Positions 47,581 to 55,135 of a stretch of 64,000 bases of DNA are shown here, one piece after another; positions within the stretch are counted from its first letter, which is position 1, and each line of letters opens with the position of its first letter. Origin of the DNA: a virus (taxonomy: Duplodnaviria > Caudoviricetes). The notes beneath the pieces were generated by a model. It was not told the origin of the DNA. It did not search any database and saw only the letters and a list, made by a program, of their open reading frames with translations. Both the position numbers and the translations under genes were made by a program. The stretch spans positions 32,001 through 96,000 of the IMG/VR virus record IMGVR_UViG_3300014204_000122. One strand, given 5' to 3'.

Positions 47581-47838
47581 TTATACAGTTATTTTATTCC
47601 AAAAATCATTTAATTTTTTATCTGCACCCACTGCTAATTGAATTATGTCTTTAGATATAGGTCCTCCTATGATTTTAGCTGATTCTATAATGGCTTTTAA
47701 TTTTTCTGCTACTATTAAAATATCTTTTATATTATTAGTGGCTTCGTTTTCTTTTAAAACTACTTTCTTGCCAGATATTCTTTGGATCTTTTCAGTAAGT
47801 AATTGAATTTCTAATTGTTTTTCTTTTTCTGTTTTCAT
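47581..47838 (-). CDS. leader-tagged hypothetical protein
   Basis: MKTEKEKQLEIQLLTEKIQRISGKKVVLKE plus a unique domain. Confidence 0.75.
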   Translation of the reverse strand: MKTEKEKQLEIQLLTEKIQRISGKKVVLKENEATNNIKDILIVAEKLKAIIESAKIIGGPISKDIIQLAVGADKKLNDFWNKITV

Positions 47839-47844
47839 TATTAA

Positions 47845-48261
47845 TTAAATACTGATTGTTTTTACTTCTTGAATATTTAGTTTTCCTGGAACTACTATAA
47901 AAGTAACATTTTCACAAGTCCATTTATCATAATCATCGAATGATTCATGTTTGCACTCTTCAATAAGCTCTAAAGCATCTTCTGATTCTTTTTTATCTAT
48001 AAGAGTTAAAAAATTAAGTAAGGCAATTTTTCTATTGATTCCTTTTACATAACTTATTTCTGAAACGTCTGCATTTCCTGAATTAGATTGTGAATAAACA
48101 GTAAATATTTTTTCTTCTTCTTGAGGTTCTCCTGGTTCCATAAGTTCTTCGATAATATCTTTGTCTTCACTTTCTGTAAAAACCACTTTCTTGCCAGATA
48201 TTCTTTGAATTTTTTCTGTAAGTAATTGTATCTCTAATTGTTTTTCTTTTTCTGATTTCAT
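47845..48261 (-). CDS. leader-tagged hypothetical protein
   Basis: MKSEKEKQLEIQLLTEKIQRISGKKVVFTE plus a unique domain. Confidence 0.75.
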   Translation of the reverse strand: MKSEKEKQLEIQLLTEKIQRISGKKVVFTESEDKDIIEELMEPGEPQEEEKIFTVYSQSNSGNADVSEISYVKGINRKIALLNFLTLIDKKESEDALELIEECKHESFDDYDKWTCENVTFIVVPGKLNIQEVKTISI

Positions 48262-48296
48262 TTTATTTATATTTTAATTATTTACTTTAAATATAA

Positions 48297-48920
48297 TTAA
48301 TTTGGTTTTCCTACTAAAATTTTATAATGTTTTTCACCTGCAATGTCTCTTAAATACCAGCCTTCTTTTATATTAGATCCTTTAGGATTCTCTCCAACCC
48401 ATGTTACTTTCTTTCCTAATACTTGTTCTACTTCTTGTTGATTGTTTATAATAGGTACATTATATCTTTCTAGAACTTTCATTATTCTATTATCAACTTC
48501 ACAATAAAAACCTTGATTCTTTACTTTATTTGCAGCTCTTTCAAAATAAGATATAATAGAAGCTCTTGCTCCATCGTGTCCTACTCCTACTAATTTAATA
48601 CCGTGTTTAGTATTTTTTCCAAAATATAATACATCTATATCAGGATCTTGATCTATATCTACTACTTCTACATAAGAAAAATCATCATTTGATAAAATAT
48701 CATTTGTTGACTTTATATTACTATGACCTCCAATTTGAGAATATGCTATATTAATAAGTTCAAGAAATTCATCTACTAGTTCTGGGTGAGATTTTATATT
48801 GATTTTCTCCCACTCATGTTTTTTTAATCCTAATTTTGATGATTCTTTTTCTATAAGAATGACTTTGCTTTTAGAAATTTTTTCTAATTTTTCAATTAAT
48901 AATTGTAAAATAGGTTTCAT
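48297..48920 (-). CDS. leader-tagged hypothetical protein
   Basis: LQLLIEKLEKISKSKVILIE; body LINIAYSQIGGH...DIDQDPDID...GVGHDG...GWYLRDIAG. Confidence 0.7.
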   Translation of the reverse strand: MKPILQLLIEKLEKISKSKVILIEKESSKLGLKKHEWEKINIKSHPELVDEFLELINIAYSQIGGHSNIKSTNDILSNDDFSYVEVVDIDQDPDIDVLYFGKNTKHGIKLVGVGHDGARASIISYFERAANKVKNQGFYCEVDNRIMKVLERYNVPIINNQQEVEQVLGKKVTWVGENPKGSNIKEGWYLRDIAGEKHYKILVGKPN

Positions 48921-48985
48921 TTATAGCATTTTATTATAAATATAGGAAAGTAAAATATAAAAATTAAATTTTATAATATTTTTTG

Positions 48986-49068
48986 TACTCTAGGTCAGAC
49001 TCGAACTGACACGCTTGAGGGCGACGACGCTTAAAATCGTTGTGTACTACCAATTTCACCACTAGAGC
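48986..49068 (-). tRNA. tRNA-Leu(UAA)
   Basis: GCTCTAG/CTAGAGT + A73; ACGAT-TTTAAGC-GTCGT; long variable arm; GTCAG-TTCGAGT-CTGAC. Confidence 0.88.
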
Positions 49069-49073
49069 ATTTG

Positions 49074-49155
49074 TGATCTAAGAGAGATTTGAACTCTCAC
49101 TATTTACATAATTAGCTTCTTAAACTAACGTGTCTACCAATTCCACCATTAGACC
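49074..49155 (-). tRNA. tRNA-Leu(AAG)
   Basis: GGTCTAA/TTAGATC + A73; TTAGT-TTAAGAA-GCTAA; Leu-type D-arm GTGGAATTGGTAGACAC. Confidence 0.85.
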
Positions 49156-49163
49156 ATATTTTG

Positions 49164-49253
49164 CGGAAGATGAGGGGGTCGAACCCTCGTAACGGTTTTT
49201 AAGCGTCCTAATTGTTTAGCAAACAATCCTCTTTACCATTTGAGTAACCTTCC
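49164..49253 (-). tRNA. tRNA-Ser(GCU)
   Basis: GGAAGGT/ATCTTCC + G73; ATTGT-TTGCTAA-ACAAT; long variable arm. Confidence 0.9.
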
Positions 49254-49265
49254 ATTTTATTTTTG

Positions 49266-49340
49266 TAGATTAGAAGGGAGTCGAACCCTCACTGAATAGT
49301 TTCTAAAACTATTGCCTCTTAACCATTGGGCTACTAATCC
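49266..49340 (-). tRNA. tRNA-Leu(UAG) with short variable loop
   Basis: GGATTAG/CTAATCT + A73; ATAGT-TTTAGAA-ACTAT; variable loop only TCAGT. Confidence 0.82.
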
Positions 49341-49354
49341 ATTTATATTTTTTG

Positions 49355-49445
49355 TACTCCAGGTCGGACTCGAACCGACAGTGTTTTCTCAATGAGTGTC
49401 ACCGTTTAAAAGTGATGCGTTTCAACCAAGTTTCGCCACTGGAGC
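49355..49445 (-). tRNA. tRNA-Leu(UAA)
   Basis: GCTCCAG/CTGGAGT + A73; TCACT-TTTAAAC-GGTGA; GTCGG-TTCGAGT-CCGAC. Confidence 0.88.
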
Positions 49446-49464
49446 ATATTTATTTTTTTATTTG

Positions 49465-49537
49465 GGTGAAAACGGGGCTCGAACCCTGTCCTAGATATTC
49501 ACAGTATCTCATGCTAACCAATAACACTATTTTCACC
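49465..49537 (-). tRNA. tRNA-His(GUG)
   Basis: G-1 GTGAAAA/TTTTCAC C73; AGATA-CTGTGAA-TATCT. Confidence 0.85.
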
Positions 49538-49546
49538 ATATATTTG

Positions 49547-49639
49547 CGGAAGAAGTAGGATTCGAACCCACACACCCCTAAAGGCCCTCGGTTTTCAAGA
49601 CCGCCGCCGCTACCCTGCAAGCTTTCGGCTTATTCTTCC
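49547..49639 (-). tRNA. tRNA-Ser(UGA) with enlarged D-loop
   Basis: GGAAGAA/TTCTTCC + G73; CGGT-CTTGAAA-ACCG; long variable arm; D region GCCG-AAAGCTTGCAGGGTAG-CGGC. Confidence 0.8.
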
Positions 49640-49653
49640 ATTTTTTTATTTAG

Positions 49654-49743
49654 GGTGAAAGACGAGTCACGATCTCGCATTAAGTTGTTACACTATTCCA
49701 GAACCACAATCTGGTCGGCATCCAATTACCGGCTACTAACACC
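49654..49743 (-). tRNA. atypical tRNA-His(GUG) with long variable region
   Basis: G-1/C73; acceptor with two T-T mismatches; CCAGA-TTGTGGT-TCTGG; T-arm GCGAG-ATCGTGA-CTCGT; 19-nt variable region. Confidence 0.6.
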
Positions 49744-49831
49744 ATATATTTTTAAAATAATATTATAAGCCGTACACTTTTCACAGTCGCTATGGGTTTC
49801 AACCATTTAGTACTTATAATATTATTTAAAG

Positions 49832-49915
49832 CGGAAGAAGAGAGATTCGAACTCTCGAAGCTTTTACACCCAGTTGTTTTCAAAACAATGTCCTCATGCC
49901 TACCGGATTTCTTCC
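49832..49915 (-). tRNA. tRNA-Ser(UGA)
   Basis: GGAAGAA/TTCTTCC + G73; TTGT-TTTGAAA-ACAA; GAGAG-TTCGAAT-CTCTC. Confidence 0.85.
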
Positions 49916-49960
49916 AAATTTATTTTTTTTACAATTATTTCAATGAACTATATACAAACA

Positions 49961-50000
49961 AAAAAAACCCTTGATCAATTTATTTAGATCAAGGGTTTTT
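49961..50000 (-). terminator. attenuator terminator upstream of tRNA array 2
   Basis: Minus strand AAAAACCCTTGATC-TAAATAAATT-GATCAAGGG followed by a U tract. Confidence 0.85.
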
Positions 50001-50026
50001 AATATTAACTTTTAAAATTATAGAAA

Positions 50027-50119
50027 TTATCTTTTCGTTAAATCATACCTTGATCCACATCTGCTACTTGATAACAGGTGTAAATGCGATAACAACGATA
50101 TGATAACTATTTTTTTCAT
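50027..50119 (-). CDS. attenuation leader peptide 2, MKKIVIISLLSHLHLLSSSRCGSRYDLTKR
   Basis: 30 codons. Twelve consecutive Ser/Leu/His codons match the downstream tRNAs. Contains GGATCAAGG, complementary to the terminator 5' arm. Confidence 0.8.
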   Translation of the reverse strand: MKKIVIISLLSHLHLLSSSRCGSRYDLTKR

Positions 50120-50123
50120 TTTC

Positions 50124-50222
50124 TTTTAAATATTACTTTTTTATTTATTTATTATTAATATAAGAAATTATTTTTGTTTTATTTCTATTTTAATGCTCTA
50201 AAGATATATTTTTTTATAATAC
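50124..50222 (-). promoter_or_regulatory. 99-bp promoter region, copy 2 (tRNA array 2)
   Basis: Direct repeat of 46664..46762 (96/99 identical by manual comparison). Confidence 0.75.
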
Positions 50223-50247
50223 TAACCAAATTATTTTAAATTATTTT

Positions 50248-50892
50248 TTATTTCATTACATATAGTTGGTATTTTCCTTTAGGAAATTCTTTAATTTCTT
50301 CAGGTGTATTAGCTGTTGCTAAAACCTTAGTTAATGTTCCAACATAGTAAGGATTATAAATTTTTGCTTTTCTATTATAAAGAGATGGAAGTTTAGTTGT
50401 ACCATTTCCATCATCAAATAAATATAAATCTCTATTATCTTTTAAATATTCTTCTGTTTTTCCTGAACCTGATAAAATAATTGTTTTATCATTTCCCACA
50501 AGTTTAAGTAAAAAATATGCTGTCTTATTTTGCACAAACTCATTATTTAATGGATTTTGCGTATCAATTTTACTATCTGAATTTAAACAAGCTATTTTTA
50601 TTCCTTTCTTTTCTTCTTCTAATATAATACTTTTATTAGATAATGTTGAAAATGCACTTTCATTTAGCACTTCAAAAACCAATATACCGTTACCACCAAA
50701 TTTTGAATTATTTCCTACTAATTGTCCCTCTTCATCAAATCCTAAATGAGACCAACCATCTTCTTCTAATTCTTTTTTAAATTCAGGATCTAATTCAACC
50801 TCTTCTTTTAAAACTACCTTCTTACCAGATATTCTTTGAATTTTTTCAGTAAGCAATTGTATTTCTAGTTGTTTTTCTTTTTCTGATTTCAT
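50248..50892 (-). CDS. leader-tagged hypothetical protein
   Basis: MKSEKEKQLEIQLLTEKIQRISGKKVVLKEE; internal VLNE and IILEE. Confidence 0.75.
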   Translation of the reverse strand: MKSEKEKQLEIQLLTEKIQRISGKKVVLKEEVELDPEFKKELEEDGWSHLGFDEEGQLVGNNSKFGGNGILVFEVLNESAFSTLSNKSIILEEEKKGIKIACLNSDSKIDTQNPLNNEFVQNKTAYFLLKLVGNDKTIILSGSGKTEEYLKDNRDLYLFDDGNGTTKLPSLYNRKAKIYNPYYVGTLTKVLATANTPEEIKEFPKGKYQLYVMK

Positions 50893-50896
50893 TATT

Positions 50897-51466
50897 TTAT
50901 ATTTTATTTATTATTAAGTTTTCAGGAATATCAACTATATATTCTCCTGATGTTAAAGGGTCCAAAAATAAAAGTCCTCTTGGAGTACTTAAAACTAATT
51001 CTTTTCTTTTAGTTTGCGATGGATTTGAAATAAACCCTAAAACTTTTCCTACTTCAAAACTATTATAACCATTATATCCTATATATTGGTTTTGTTTAAG
51101 TAACCACAAACCTCCTGTTTTATCTAAATTTTTAATATGATCTTTAATACTATTATTAGATGTAAATTCTTCCTCAAAACTATCACCCATATCAGGATGT
51201 ACAATTAAAGGATTTTTAACTAAAGGTAATTTAACTTTATAATCAGGATATATTTTTTTAAAATATTCTAATACTTCAATTTTAATAGGAGTATTTTTTA
51301 AATTAATTATTTTATTTTCTTCATTAATATTATCAATAAAATTTTTTATTCGTTCTTCTATTTTAACAGGTTTGGCATGTTTAGAGTAGTAAACATAATC
51401 ATCTTCCAAAATAACCTTTTTATTAACAAGGTTTTCTAATTTTTCTATTAATATATTTATGTTCAT
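50897..51466 (-). CDS. leader-tagged hypothetical protein
   Basis: ILIEKLENLVNKKVILED, then YSKHAKPVKIEERI (similar to a segment of 42496..44457). Confidence 0.7.
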   Translation of the reverse strand: MNINILIEKLENLVNKKVILEDDYVYYSKHAKPVKIEERIKNFIDNINEENKIINLKNTPIKIEVLEYFKKIYPDYKVKLPLVKNPLIVHPDMGDSFEEEFTSNNSIKDHIKNLDKTGGLWLLKQNQYIGYNGYNSFEVGKVLGFISNPSQTKRKELVLSTPRGLLFLDPLTSGEYIVDIPENLIINKI

Positions 51467-51468
51467 TA

Positions 51469-54387
51469 TTATAATTCGTTATAATTTTCTTCTGCTTTTT
51501 CTAATTTTGGAGATAATTTTTTAATTTTCTCTTTTATTTTTTCAATTTTACTATTTAAATCATTCATTTCTCCTCCTATTTCATTAGCAACATTTTCACC
51601 TTCACTTTCGCCACCCTTTTCTATTGCTTGAGGAATTAATTCTTCTTGATCTATATATAATTGTCTTAATTCTCTTTTATAATCTTCTAATTCTCTTTCT
51701 AAGTCATCCATCTCATATCTAAGATTATCATATTTCTCCTCAACCCTATCTTTTCTGATTTGTTTATTTTTTTCTATTCTTTCACTTCTTTTATTTGCTA
51801 TATCATAATCAGATACTGTTATGCTTCTATCAAATTTTCCATTTACAAAAGGAGACCAACCTCTTTCAGTTCTTATATGTTTAATATCGTTTATAAATTT
51901 TATTGTACCTATAGGAATTACTGGTTTTGTATTGTTTTCTTTTGAAAAAACAGATTTTCTAGATTCTATTAAACTAGCACTAGAATTTGAATAAGAGAAT
52001 TTTTTTTCTTCTTCTATTTGCTCATATTCTTCTCTTGTAATGATTTTTGTTTCAACTTTAACTATTTCTATATATTCAGATAAATTTTCTTCCCATTTTT
52101 CTAACGCTGTTTTTTCTATTTCCTCTGCTTCTTTTTTAGTTAATATAACATCATTATAATCTCCAGCTATAATATCACATTGACATCTACCTACACTATC
52201 TATCCATTCTGCAACAACAACAAATCCTTTTATATCTTCTATTTTGTTTAATTTATTTATTTCATAAGCAGGGACTTCTTTAAACCCAGTAAATTTAGGT
52301 TGTTTTAATTTTTTAAATTGAGTAGCTTCTAATAAATCATCTTTTTTTTCAACTACATAATATTGATACGCATTATCTATCTCTTCAATAGAAGGCTTTG
52401 CTTTTTCAGAATATTGATCTCTAGTTATTCCTTTATCATCTAAAGCGTGTATTTTTTTCCAATCTTCATCATTATATTCTTCACCCTCTTCAGTTATTAC
52501 ATCATCTTCTTGGTTTTCTTGATTTAAAAGATCTTTATATTTATTAATAGAAATAGGAAATGCTCTAACGTTTGAAGTGTTATAATTTTCTGGATTATTA
52601 CTTTTCCATGTTTTTAAAGCTTTATTACACAGTTCATCTGCTTCTTCGTATGATACACCTTGTTCTGTAGAGTGTATTATATCCCATTTTTCTTCACCAT
52701 CTTCTGTCCATTTACATATAGCAACATATGAAGTTTTTATTATATCTTTTAGATTTCCATCAGAAATAATAGATGATTCTTCAATAATACCTTTTATGTC
52801 TTCTATAATATATTCTGTATAAGATTTTAAATCTATAGGGTTTAACTTTTCAGGTTTTATATTTGTTAAATAAGATATTATTTTTATTCCTTTTTCAGAA
52901 TCTTTTATAAAAGAATCAAAATCAGATATTTTTTTATTATTATCTTTTAATTTTTTTATTATATTTTCTTTTTCTTTTATAAGAATTTGGTCAAATTCGC
53001 TCAAACTAATATATTCTCTTTCTTTTTTATCTAATTCTATTAATTCTTCTTTGGAATTTACTACTGTGTCAGATATAATACTATTTTTATATTGAACTTT
53101 TATTTCTGTGAATGGTTTACCAAATTCAAAATTGGTATTTTCAAAAGCTTCCTCAATTGTTTTTCCTTCTCCTATTTGCTCTGATTCTTGTTCTACAAAA
53201 CTGCTTTCGTGATCTCTTACTACAATATTCCATCTATAATTAACCAAATATAAATCTTGATTTCTATTATATTCAAAACTATAACAATCATCGTTCTCAA
53301 TTGCTTCTTGATCTTCATCAGACATAATACGAGGTTTTCCTCCAATTAAATCATCATTATAAGTTAATAATGTTTCTATTAATAATTCATCGTTAGAAAC
53401 AATTTTATTTTTAAATAAATTAGAAGTAATAAAAGAGGGAAGATTATCATATTCTAAATTAATATATTTTTCACAATCATCAGGATCTTTAATTATAGTC
53501 AGTAACAAATTACAACGCTCATCAGAATTTAAAATTTCCCAATCTTTATTTGTAATTAAACTATTTTTATTTTCTTCTACAACATAAAGATTATCAGTTT
53601 CTTCTGTTAAACTTTTTACCAAAGATTCTTTTACTTCTTTTTCTACATCTTTTTTAATATCTTCAAAATTCTCAATAAATTCTTTAGTACAAGTGCCTCC
53701 CGTAATTGTAACCCTATCTGTTTGATTATAATGTAACTTATCAGCAGAGTATATATGATCTATAATTTCAGAAACATCTTTGCCCCATTTTTCTTCTATT
53801 AAATTAAAAATTCTAATTAACTCGTCACTTTCTAATTTATCGAACTTCTCCCATATTTCAACTAACCAATTTTCTATAGGGTAAAGTTCATCAAGACTAT
53901 ATATCTTGTTAGAGTTTATTGATTCTTCAATAACATCATTTGATTTTAATAAAGCTTTATTTAATCCTTGCATAGTAATGTCTATATTATCATTTACTGT
54001 AAAATTATCACCTGCAATAACATTTGTTCCTTCTAAAACAACAACACCATAACCACTATCACCATCAGGTTCATTATCATTTACATTTTCTTTTAATAAT
54101 TCCCAAGCTTTAAGAATACCATTTTCAGTAAACTCTTCTGTTTCTTCACTATAATCACTACCAACATCTCCAGTGAAATCATAAAAAAATACACATACCT
54201 CATTAATCATTTCTTCTAAACTATCGAAAGGTCTAATTGCTACACTTTCATCGTTCCAATAAATAAAAGAATAAGGACTAGCCTCTTCTTCTTCTAAATA
54301 TTCAAAACCTTTTACTTGTTTTTCGTTTGTTGTTATATGAATTGTTTTATAATCATAATGATTTGGAAAACCTGCGTATATTTTCAT
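51469..54387 (-). CDS. large acidic multidomain protein (putative internal head polyprotein)
   Basis: 972 aa, Glu-rich, with repeated I/L-x-E linkers, an internal duplicated domain and a C-terminal coiled coil. Confidence 0.55.
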   Translation of the reverse strand: MKIYAGFPNHYDYKTIHITTNEKQVKGFEYLEEEEASPYSFIYWNDESVAIRPFDSLEEMINEVCVFFYDFTGDVGSDYSEETEEFTENGILKAWELLKENVNDNEPDGDSGYGVVVLEGTNVIAGDNFTVNDNIDITMQGLNKALLKSNDVIEESINSNKIYSLDELYPIENWLVEIWEKFDKLESDELIRIFNLIEEKWGKDVSEIIDHIYSADKLHYNQTDRVTITGGTCTKEFIENFEDIKKDVEKEVKESLVKSLTEETDNLYVVEENKNSLITNKDWEILNSDERCNLLLTIIKDPDDCEKYINLEYDNLPSFITSNLFKNKIVSNDELLIETLLTYNDDLIGGKPRIMSDEDQEAIENDDCYSFEYNRNQDLYLVNYRWNIVVRDHESSFVEQESEQIGEGKTIEEAFENTNFEFGKPFTEIKVQYKNSIISDTVVNSKEELIELDKKEREYISLSEFDQILIKEKENIIKKLKDNNKKISDFDSFIKDSEKGIKIISYLTNIKPEKLNPIDLKSYTEYIIEDIKGIIEESSIISDGNLKDIIKTSYVAICKWTEDGEEKWDIIHSTEQGVSYEEADELCNKALKTWKSNNPENYNTSNVRAFPISINKYKDLLNQENQEDDVITEEGEEYNDEDWKKIHALDDKGITRDQYSEKAKPSIEEIDNAYQYYVVEKKDDLLEATQFKKLKQPKFTGFKEVPAYEINKLNKIEDIKGFVVVAEWIDSVGRCQCDIIAGDYNDVILTKKEAEEIEKTALEKWEENLSEYIEIVKVETKIITREEYEQIEEEKKFSYSNSSASLIESRKSVFSKENNTKPVIPIGTIKFINDIKHIRTERGWSPFVNGKFDRSITVSDYDIANKRSERIEKNKQIRKDRVEEKYDNLRYEMDDLERELEDYKRELRQLYIDQEELIPQAIEKGGESEGENVANEIGGEMNDLNSKIEKIKEKIKKLSPKLEKAEENYNEL

Positions 54388-54389
54388 TT

Positions 54390-55082
54390 TTATATTTTTT
54401 TAAATTCTATCATAGCTTTATAAAGGTTTTCTAAATCAGAATCAGAAAAAGATAAAGTATCAATTTCATGATTATGTAATATTTCAACCATTTTGTCAAT
54501 TTTTTCATCACTTATACTTTCCCAAATAGAGGAATCATAATCTGATGTAGTTCCATCTTCAAACTTTAATTTAATTGTGTTATCGTCAACTTTTTGTATA
54601 AATTTTCCTGTTTGACCCTGTTTATTAGCTGGATCAGTAGTTAAATTTCTAGGAACTGTTAGAGATTCTCCTATTTCGTGATAATCAAAAATGTTTTCTT
54701 TTAATACTGTTAAACCACTATTTAGTGATTCTTCAAATACCTCTCCCTCAGTAGCATCCTTTAAAAATTTAATAATTTTTTCTTCAGGTGATAATTTATC
54801 AGGTGTTTCACCCATAGCAATATCGTATTTGTCAATTAATTCAGCTTTTTCTTCATCGCTGTTATTTTCATTTTCACAAAATTTAATTACTTTATTAAAA
54901 AAAATTCTATCATCTTGAAAATTTCCTTTAATTTCATAATTTTTTAAATCCTGAAAAGTGGAATTATTATTTGATGATTCTTTTAATATGTCGATTGATA
55001 AAACCACTTTCTTACCAGATATTCTTTGGATTTTTTCTGTAAGTAATTGTATTTCTAATTGTTTTTCTTTTTCTGATTTCAT
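54390..55082 (-). CDS. leader-tagged hypothetical protein
   Basis: MKSEKEKQLEIQLLTEKIQRISGKKVVL; SH3/KOW-like IGESLTVP...QGQTG....IKLKFEDG. Confidence 0.75.
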   Translation of the reverse strand: MKSEKEKQLEIQLLTEKIQRISGKKVVLSIDILKESSNNNSTFQDLKNYEIKGNFQDDRIFFNKVIKFCENENNSDEEKAELIDKYDIAMGETPDKLSPEEKIIKFLKDATEGEVFEESLNSGLTVLKENIFDYHEIGESLTVPRNLTTDPANKQGQTGKFIQKVDDNTIKLKFEDGTTSDYDSSIWESISDEKIDKMVEILHNHEIDTLSFSDSDLENLYKAMIEFKKI

Positions 55083-55135
55083 TATTAATTAATTTATTTT
55101 AAATATTAAATTTTACTTTAAATTATTAAAATAAA

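Noticed and set aside
47090-48261. CRISPR array suggested by repeated ~90-bp sequences
   Set aside because: The repeats are coding 5' ends of genes with synonymous variation, separated by whole ORFs. The Cas4-like gene at 32310 is a solo phage nuclease with no cas operon.
48986-49445. Stop-codon suppressor tRNAs or a recoded genome
   Set aside because: Anticodons UAA and UAG read UUA and CUA (Leu); suppressors would need UUA or CUA anticodons. Genes end normally at TAA/TAG and are not fragmented, and the TAA at 56043 is an isolated case.
49547-49639. Possible selenocysteine tRNA (selC-like D region)
   Set aside because: The anticodon is UGA (Ser), not UCA, and the acceptor stem is 7 bp
49352-49974. 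Track ORFs 49352..49558 and 49792..49974 (+)
   Set aside because: They are antisense to well-formed tRNA genes and are shadow ORFs
853-54918. Many short + strand ORFs (e.g. 853, 2652, 6260, 9212, 14238, 22683, 25349, 30062, 41125, 54691)
   Set aside because: They lie antisense to long minus-strand genes and have the F/I/L/S-rich composition typical of reverse-frame artefacts
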